NCBI RefSeq assembly: GCF_028641065.1
Contig: NC_073383.1
Span: 20,088,001-20,152,000 of the forward strand
DNA from: Leucoraja erinacea
Lineage: Eukaryota
Length of the DNA: 64,000 nt
Direction of reading: 5' to 3'
The notes below the pieces were generated by a model, which searched no databases, was not told where the DNA came from, and saw nothing but the letters and a program-made list of their open reading frames with translations. Made by a program: the position numbers and the translations under genes. How positions within the stretch are numbered: position 1 is the first letter of the stretch; the number at the start of each line of letters is the position of its first letter. Positions 52,301 through 60,800 of this stretch are shown here, piece by piece.

Positions 52301-55300
52301 TATTAATTGCTAAAATCCAATAGGTAGTGTTTGGTTCAGAGGTTAAAGTGCACAACATCAGGAGCATTTTGAACGTACCCTCTTCCATTTTTATGGGAGA
52401 TAGGATAAAGGACAAGGAGGTGGCCCTAGAAATCATGGCTGCATTGGTGATCATTTTCCAATGTTCTCTCAACTTTGGATCAGTTCCTGTGGACTGGAGG
52501 GTATATCGATAACTGGTGGACACGTATGTCAATGTAACCGCACTGTTTAAGAAAGGAGGGATAGAGATCGGTCAAAGTGACAGGATCGGTCAAAGTCAGC
52601 ATGATTAATGAAGGGAAAACCATGCATCACTAATCTTGCGGAATTGTTTGAGGATGTAACAAGTATAATGGATAAGGGAAAGCCAGTGGATGTGGTGTAT
52701 CTGGACTTTCAAAAAGCCTTTGACAGAGTCCCACACTAGAGATTAGTGTGCAAAATTAGAGCACATGATATCGGGGTAGGGTATTGACATGGATTGATTG
52801 GCAGTCAGGAAGCAAACAGTAGGAATTAATGGGTCCTTTTCAGAATGGCAGGCAGTGACTAGTAGTGTGCCACAGGGCTCGGTGCTGGGACCCCAGTTAT
52901 TTACAACGATTTAGACGAGGGAATTAAATATGACATCTCCCAAGTTTGCGGATAACACAACGCTGGGTGGCAGTATGAGCTGCGATGAGGATGTTTTGAG
53001 GCTGAAGGGTGACTTGGGTAGGTTGGGTGAGTGGGCAGATGCATGGCAGATGCAGTATAATGTGGATAAATGTGACGTTATCCACTTTGGTGGCAGAACA
53101 GGAAGGCATATTATTATCTAAATGGTGTCAGATTAGGAAAAGGGGAGGTGGAACGAGATCTGGCTGTGCTTGTAAATCAGTCACTGAAAGTAAGCATGCA
53201 GGTACAGCAGGCAGTGAAGAAAGTTATTGGCCTTCATTGCGGGAGGATTTGAGTTTAAAAGCACGGAGGTCCTGTTATAGTTGAACAGGGCCCTGGTACG
53301 ACCGCACCAGGAGTATTGTGTGCAATTTTGATCTCCTAATTTGAGGAAAGACATTATTGATATTGAGGGAATGCAGCGTGGGTTCACCGGGTTAATTCTT
53401 GGGATGGCAAGCTGACATATGATGAAAGAATGGGTTGACTGGGCTTGTGTTCATTGGAATTTAGAAGGATGAGAGGATATCTTATAGAAACATATACAAT
53501 TCTTAAAGGATTGGACAAGCTAGATGCAGGAAAAATATTCCCGATGTTGGGTCAGGGGTCACAGTTTAAGAATAAGGGGTAGGCCATTTAGGACTGAGAT
53601 GAGGAAAAACTTCTTAACCCAGAGAGTTGTGAACCTGTGGAATTCTCTGCCACAGAAAACAGTGTGGGCCAATTCACTGGACGTTTTCAAGCGAGAGTTA
53701 GATTTAGCTCTTAGGGCTAAAGGAATCAAGGGATATGGGGAAAAAGCAGGAATGGGGTACTGATTTTAGATGATCAGCCATGATCATATTGAATGGTGGT
53801 GCTGACTTGAAGGGCTGAATAGCCTACTCCTGCACCTATGTTTCTATGTTCAGCACAAACATGGTGGGCCGAAGGGCCTATTCCCATGCTGTACTGTTCC
53901 ATGTTCCATGGTCTTTCATACAGGGCATGCATCAGAATAAATTAGCGATTTGCATTTCTAATATACAATATATGCAATATATCTTCATAAGCACAGTAAT
54001 AACTTTTTAAACTTTATATTTTAGTAACCTAATTCTACATCGCATGAAAAAATCCTGTCATCATTGCAAAGATAAATTAGCAATGAGGGCAAATGAACAA
54101 TCCATTCTTCCAAATTGTCCTTGCTTGTGGTTCATCTAGTCAATTAAAATTATATTGAACTGGTCTGTACTTTCAAATCTGAATTTTTGTCAAAGGTGCA
54201 ATGATGTCAGGTGAATTCAAAAATATTCAAAAAAGAGGTAATGATACAAAATTGAACGTGAATGGACAAAATAGGAATGGTCAACCTGTGAATATGATTT
54301 AGATGGACCATTGATTGAAAAGAAATGAGATGAAATATAAAGTCAAATGGCTTACCATTTCCACATAAAGAAAATCATAACATTATTCTAAATATGTTGC
54401 AAATATATTATCAACCCTGATTGTTGAATTGATGATCAGTATTTAGATCAGAGATGAATTAAACCATGAATTATAAGATGGAGATCTATATGCAAGTATT
54501 ACTTTTTATAATTATAGAAACATAGAAAATAGGTGCAGGAGTAGGCCATTCGGCCCTTCGAGCCTGCACCGCCATTCAATATGATCATGGCTGATCATCC
54601 AACTCAGTATCCTGTTCCTGCCTTCTCTCCATACCCCCTGATCCCCTTAGCCACAAGGGCCACATCTAACTCCCTCTTAAATATAGCCAATGAACTGTGG
54701 CCTCAACTACCCTCTGTGGCAGAGAGTTCTAGAGATTCACCACTCTGTGTGTGAAAAAAGTTCTTCTCATCTCGGTTTTAAAGGATTTCCCCCTTATCTT
54801 TAAGCTGTGACCCCTTGTCCTGGACTTCCCCAACATTGGGAACAATCTTCCTGCATCTAGCCTGTCCAACCCCTTAAGAATTTTGTAAGTTTCTATAAGA
54901 TCCCCCCTCAATCTTCTAAATTCTAGCGAGTACAAACCGAGTCTATCCAGTCTTTCTTCATCTGAAAGTCCTGACATCCCAGGAATCAGTCTGGTGAACC
55001 TTCTCTGTACTCCCTCTATGGCAAGAATGTCTTTCCTCAGATTAGGAGACCAAAACTGTACACAATACTCCAGGTGTGGTCTCACCAAGACCCTGTACAA
55101 TTGCAGTAGAACCTCCGTGGTTCTATGGTGGTATACAGAGGTTCATGCAATGTAAATCTAAACTGAGGAACTGACCTGATCACATACTTAAGTATAAGAA
55201 AACTCTCTGGAATATAAAGTTGTGCTCTTCCTCTCAGGGTATAGGTCAGGCAAAATCGACAAATTTACATTGGCATAGAAACTATTTTGTACCACAATCA

Positions 55301-57780
55301 AAATGATGGTACTAATGTTCTAAACTTTTTTGCATTCACGCTTGATAAATTTGATTTTTGTGCAGAGCATACATTCATAATACTTACTTTTGAGAAATGA
55401 TGTACTGAATTACAGTAGAATTGGACCTATGAAATTTATTTAATTTGTTCTGATTTAGAAAAAACGGCAATAAAGAAAGTGGTTTCTCCACCACAACCTG
55501 ACCAGATCTTCTTCATTGAGAAACCAAAGAACTTTAAAGGAATAGAAAGTAAGTTGAACATTTTTCCTGTTATTGTGTTTGTTAAAAAGAAATATTTTTG
55601 CAAGATGCAAGATATTTAAATGTCCTTTTTACATTTCAGGGGAAATAGCAACATTTATTGCCAAGGTTGGTGGTGATCCAATTCCAAATGTCAAATGGAT
55701 GAAAGGCAAATGGAGGCAAATGAACCATGGTGGTCGATTTATTATCCAACAAAAGGGGCAAGAGGCCAAACTAGAAATCAAAGATGTAATAAAAACTGAC
55801 TCTGGACATTACAGATGTGTTGCATCCAATAAATTTGGTGAAATTGAAAGTGGTATGAATTTAGAAGTTGAAGAGAAAAAAGAAATTATAGTTGAAACAG
55901 ACTTTAGAGCAAAGTTGAAGAAGTAAGTATTTTGATTTAGGTATCACTAACAAAGTTTTGATTTTTCATTACTTGATTCTTACTTGATTATTTGCATAAT
56001 GTGACTGAATCTCTCTTCAATTTAATATTTTTCTTCATGATGACCTATTTAATGGAGTTTCATTTAAGTGACAAATTGATGATAATAGACTGAATTTAGT
56101 ATTGATACATTGATTTATGTACCTTTGGGCATGCAATTATTAAAATAGAACAATAATGAATTAATTTTGCCATTTATCTCAAAAGAACACCATCCAAGAA
56201 AAGGGAAGAAGAAGCAGATAAGGATATTGATATTGTAGAACTTTTAAGGAATGTTGATCCGAAGGAATATGAAAAGTATGCTCGTATGTATGGGATTACT
56301 GATTTCCGTGGTCTCCTCCAAGCCATTGAACTGTTGAAAGCCAGCAAAGGAGATGAAACTCACAGATTGGTGCGTAGGATTATGTTTATCAGTGCCATAT
56401 GACATTATACAGTTAGGGAGAATAGGTGTCTTACATTAATGCTTTTTCGTAACTATCTTTAATTGGTGTTTTATTAAGGAGGTGGAAGAGCTGGACCGAG
56501 GTCCTGAAGAAGAGGAGTTTAATGAATTAATTCAATATATCCAGCATAGAATAGAAAAAGTTGAGGTAAGATTTCCATCATTATAAATCCTAAAATCATA
56601 TTCCATTGGGGTGTTCCCTTTTTGAAATAAATATTTATTTATTCTCTCTACAGCCTATTGAATTAATCAAGGATATTAAAGATCTGGTTGTACGTACAAA
56701 TGCAGATGCAGAATTTGAATGTGCCATAAAAATAAATTATCCTGAAATTAAACTTTCCTGGTATAAAGGGACTGAAAAATTGGAATCGAATAGCAAGTAT
56801 GAAATTAGCATTGATGGTGACATTCATCGTCTAAAGATTAAAGACTGTGCTCTGCACGATCAAGGCAACTTCCGCATTGTCTGCGGCCCACATATCTCAA
56901 GTGCAAAACTAACTGTTGTTGGTAAGTTGTTATTATATTTTATAATATTATACGGGAACTTGACCAGTTCCTTTTGTGCCTGGAGTGAAGTGGACTGTCT
57001 CACCCTGAACACAACTAAGACTAAAGAGATGGTGGTTAACTTTGGCAGGTCCAAGCTCCCCCTTCAGCCGGTCAACGATGCTGGGGCTGACATTGAGGTG
57101 GTGCAGACATATAAATACCTTGGAGTGCACCTTGATAACAAACTGGACTGGTCTGTCAACTCTGACTCCCTCTAGAAAAAAGGCCAGAGCAGACTCTTTT
57201 TCCTCAGAAGGCTCAAATCCTTCAATATGTGTAATGACATGCTGCACATGTTTTACAACACTGTGGTTGCAAGTGTTATTTTCTACGCTGTTGTCTGCTG
57301 GGGCAACAGCATTAGTGCAAAAAACAACAAGAAGCTGGTCAAACTGGTTAAACAAGCTAGCTCAGTGCTGGAGGGGAGAGTAGACTCTGGGATGGATGTG
57401 CTTGAGAGGCGTATGAGGCACAAGATGCAGGTCATCCTGAAAAACCCCGGGCATCCCCTCCATGTAATTCTGGAGAGTCAAAAGAGCACTCGGAACAACA
57501 ACCGGCTCCTCTCCCTGCCCTGTAGAATGGAGCGGTCCAGGAGATCCTTCACCCCTGCAGCCATTAGATTTTATAATTTGGACCGCTAGGCTGTAGGGGG
57601 ATGCATTCTTGCAATTTTTAATTTTTAATTGTTAATTATTGGTCTTTTTAAGTATTTATTGCTCTCAGGTAGTGTCCACAGTGTATTCTATGTATTTTCT
57701 GTCTGCGTTCGTTTTGAATCTGTGGGTTTGTTGGTTGGGGGCTTCTGGACATCTGAATTTCCCTGAGGGGATCAATAAAG

Positions 57781-57830
<50 letters not shown>

Positions 57831-60800
57831 TATATTTTAATTTCTAAATGTTGTTTGGAAACTTTTGAACTCATCTAATTTACTTAAATCGGTTTGTGTT
57901 CTCCAGAACCTATTGTTGAACAGCATCTTGAAAATCTTTCCGGAAAGGAAGGCCATATTTGTATCATGGTTTGCCAGTTTTCCTTACCAAATCTAAAAAC
58001 TGAGTGGTTTAAAAATGGGAGGAGAATTGAGGGGCAGGCCAGATATTCCATAGATGTTGTGGATAAGTTGCAGAAAGTCACTATTAGTGACTTGAAACCA
58101 GAGGACCAAGGCCGATTTACTTGCAGGTTTGAAGATCAAGAGACAACTGCTGATTTGAATGTTCAAGGTTTGTAGCTCTATAAAATGGGGTTATTCTAAT
58201 CGTATTTTGAGAGTGGATTTTTAATATGAATTTTTGTTTTTGTTTTTATGTGTTATAGCTCACCCAATTGAATTCACAAAGACAATTCAGGATATTGTAG
58301 TGAAAGAACATGAGTCAGCTGTGTTTGAGTGTGAAGTGTCTTTTGATGATGCCATTGTAACCTGGTTTAAAGATACGGTGGTGCTGAAAGAAAGTGCAAA
58401 ATACAGCTTCAGAAGAGTAGGGCGCCGGCATTTTATGACTATCCATAGTGTCACAACAGAAGACGAAGGTTTGTTCATTGTCATAATTTAATCTTATTTC
58501 CATTACTGTGGTTATTTATTTTGTTTTTTACCTCCTGAGGCTAACTTGCAGTGAGCCAAAATGAATCAGAGAAATTATGTTAAATTTAATTTGAACCTTG
58601 ATCAGCACTGAGAAGTACAAAAATGATTTACAAAATGAAGGCAGAACTTGTTATCGGAATAAGAAAGAATGACTAAGTGTAACGAGTGACCCGATAGAGG
58701 TATTCGGAAGTAAGTAAGAAGAATATAAATAATGGATAAGATGTCGTATGTGAGGAATTCCAAAATAGAAGCCATTAGAATAATCAAATAAGGAGATTGG
58801 GAGAAGTTCTTTACATATAAGTCTTGAAATTTGTTACCACCTCCCTTGACATCATTAAGGCCTTTTGTTTCAGTGCTATATGTATTATGCAATTCTATGA
58901 AATACTATTTTCCATTGAAATATAGATAAATATCATAGTACAAAATTAATTTCTTTAGGTGTTTATTCTGTAATTGCTCAACTTGAACCAAGGGGTGAAG
59001 CTAAAAGTACTGCAGAACTCTACGTATCAAGTCAAGGTAGGAACATTTGACAATTAAAAAAAATTCAGTGATACAGTAATGTTTCTTTAACTAATATATC
59101 ATTTAAAATCTGATTATTACAGAAATCAATTTACAGCAAAGGAAAACTGGTATGTATTCATACAAATTTCATATTCCTATTATCAAATTTTCAGTAAGGT
59201 AGGGATAAATTATGAACAGTATTAGTTCTATTTGTCATCTATTTTTGTTTACCTTTTCTCAAAATAATGGAAATTTAATATTTTGCTAAAAATCATTCAA
59301 AAATATAGAGAAAATAAATCCACATGATCAACAAGTAAAAAATCTTGCTTTTGTATTCTTTAGATGTTCCTGATATTGGAATTCCATTAGAAAGAAAACC
59401 ATCTCCAGGTAAAACTTAGGAATCTTACTTAGGAATCTAACATCAAATACATTTGGCCTCAACTGAAACATTTATTGTATTGTAATTTGGATAGAAAGCA
59501 GCTATTGATAGGATACTACTGTACCAATTAGATGAATAAATGTGCCCAATGTACTTTGGCATATTAGGTACTGGTAGTATGGGCAAGACTAGTGGAAGGG
59601 AATTGGGATTATAAAGAAATTATAAATTCTGCCATTTTCCTTATTTCCAGTTAACTACCAAAGAAGGCCAAGTAATTGAGTATTTTAAAAGTGGAGACTG
59701 ATAGGTTTTTGATTAATAAGGGCGCTAAAGGTTACAGGGAGAAGGTGGGAGAATAGGGTTGAGAGAGAAAACTATATCAGCCATGATCGAATGGCGGAAC
59801 AGGCTAAATGGCCTAATTCTGCTCCCATGTCTTAACAACTAATTATCTATCTGCATTTCTTTAGTGTCTTTGGTCTTTGGCCTTCTTGCACCCCTTACAC
59901 ACTTCAATCTCAGTTGACAAGTAATGGTTGCAGAACTTTCTTAAAACAAGGCAAGAGATGTATTTAGATGATGACATTGTAGGATTCTCGGTGTAGAAGC
60001 TGCAGTTAATGATTGCATTTTCTCAAAACATGTACTGTATTGCACAAGTTTGAAAGATGACACCAAAAATTGGTTGGCATCAGGGGTGGATGGTTGCTGC
60101 CGCCTTGAGAGAGAATATATAAGTTCATGCTTCGTACACCTACTGCTACTCTGTCCAACCAGCACCCCAGCAATCGTAGTAAATCTGTCAGAGATATGAT
60201 TGTTAACTTTACATGCATAGCAATGGCTGGCCTTGTTCTTCCACTCGAAGTCTCTGAGTCATTACTGCTGTTACTACTTTAGAAGAAGCAGCATTGCCCT
60301 TTTAAATGTTGAATTGTGATTGGACCTGAAAGCTGCTCATGGGATGGTCCACTACTTCAATTCTGGAAAGTATGGAGTCTAATTCAGCATAAAAATTTGG
60401 TACATTGGTGCATGCACATCAACATTTGCAATGATTTTCCGTCATTGTTCTCTTTGGGTTAAATATTTCATTAGATATGCCCTTCAACCATTAAAGAGTG
60501 ATGGGCGTGAATACATATTTTAACATCAAAGTCTATTCGTGCATTTGTAACTATCTGGGAATGGCGGCCTCTTTCTGCTTTCCAACTCCTCCACTAGGGC
60601 CGCAAATATAGTTCAAATGTTTGTTCCTTGCTCTCTCCCTGGCCATTCTTCACATTTGCTACATCAGCTTTACTCACAGGCTCAACACACATATTGATCC
60701 TCTTGGGTAGACACAGAATGCTGGAGTAACTCAACGGGATAGGCAGCATCTCTGGAGAGAAGGAATGGGTGACATTTCGGGTCGAGACCCTTCTTCAGAC

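Noticed and set aside
57639-57878. Poly-Ile ORF
   Set aside because: Translation of the (TTA)n LINE tail
1036-58468. Obscurin, hemicentin or many separate small Ig genes
   Set aside because: The UN2A and I80-I83 sequences are titin-specific; the short ORFs are exons bounded by AG/GT, and their start codons are incidental
4542-58503. Minus-strand ORFs overlapping Ig exons
   Set aside because: Antisense shadows of coding exons with no independent motifs
59651-59671. Candidate 21-nt microexon (VNYQRRP)
   Set aside because: Good acceptor, but the donor lies in a CR1 remnant and the composition is not titin-like; needs RNA data
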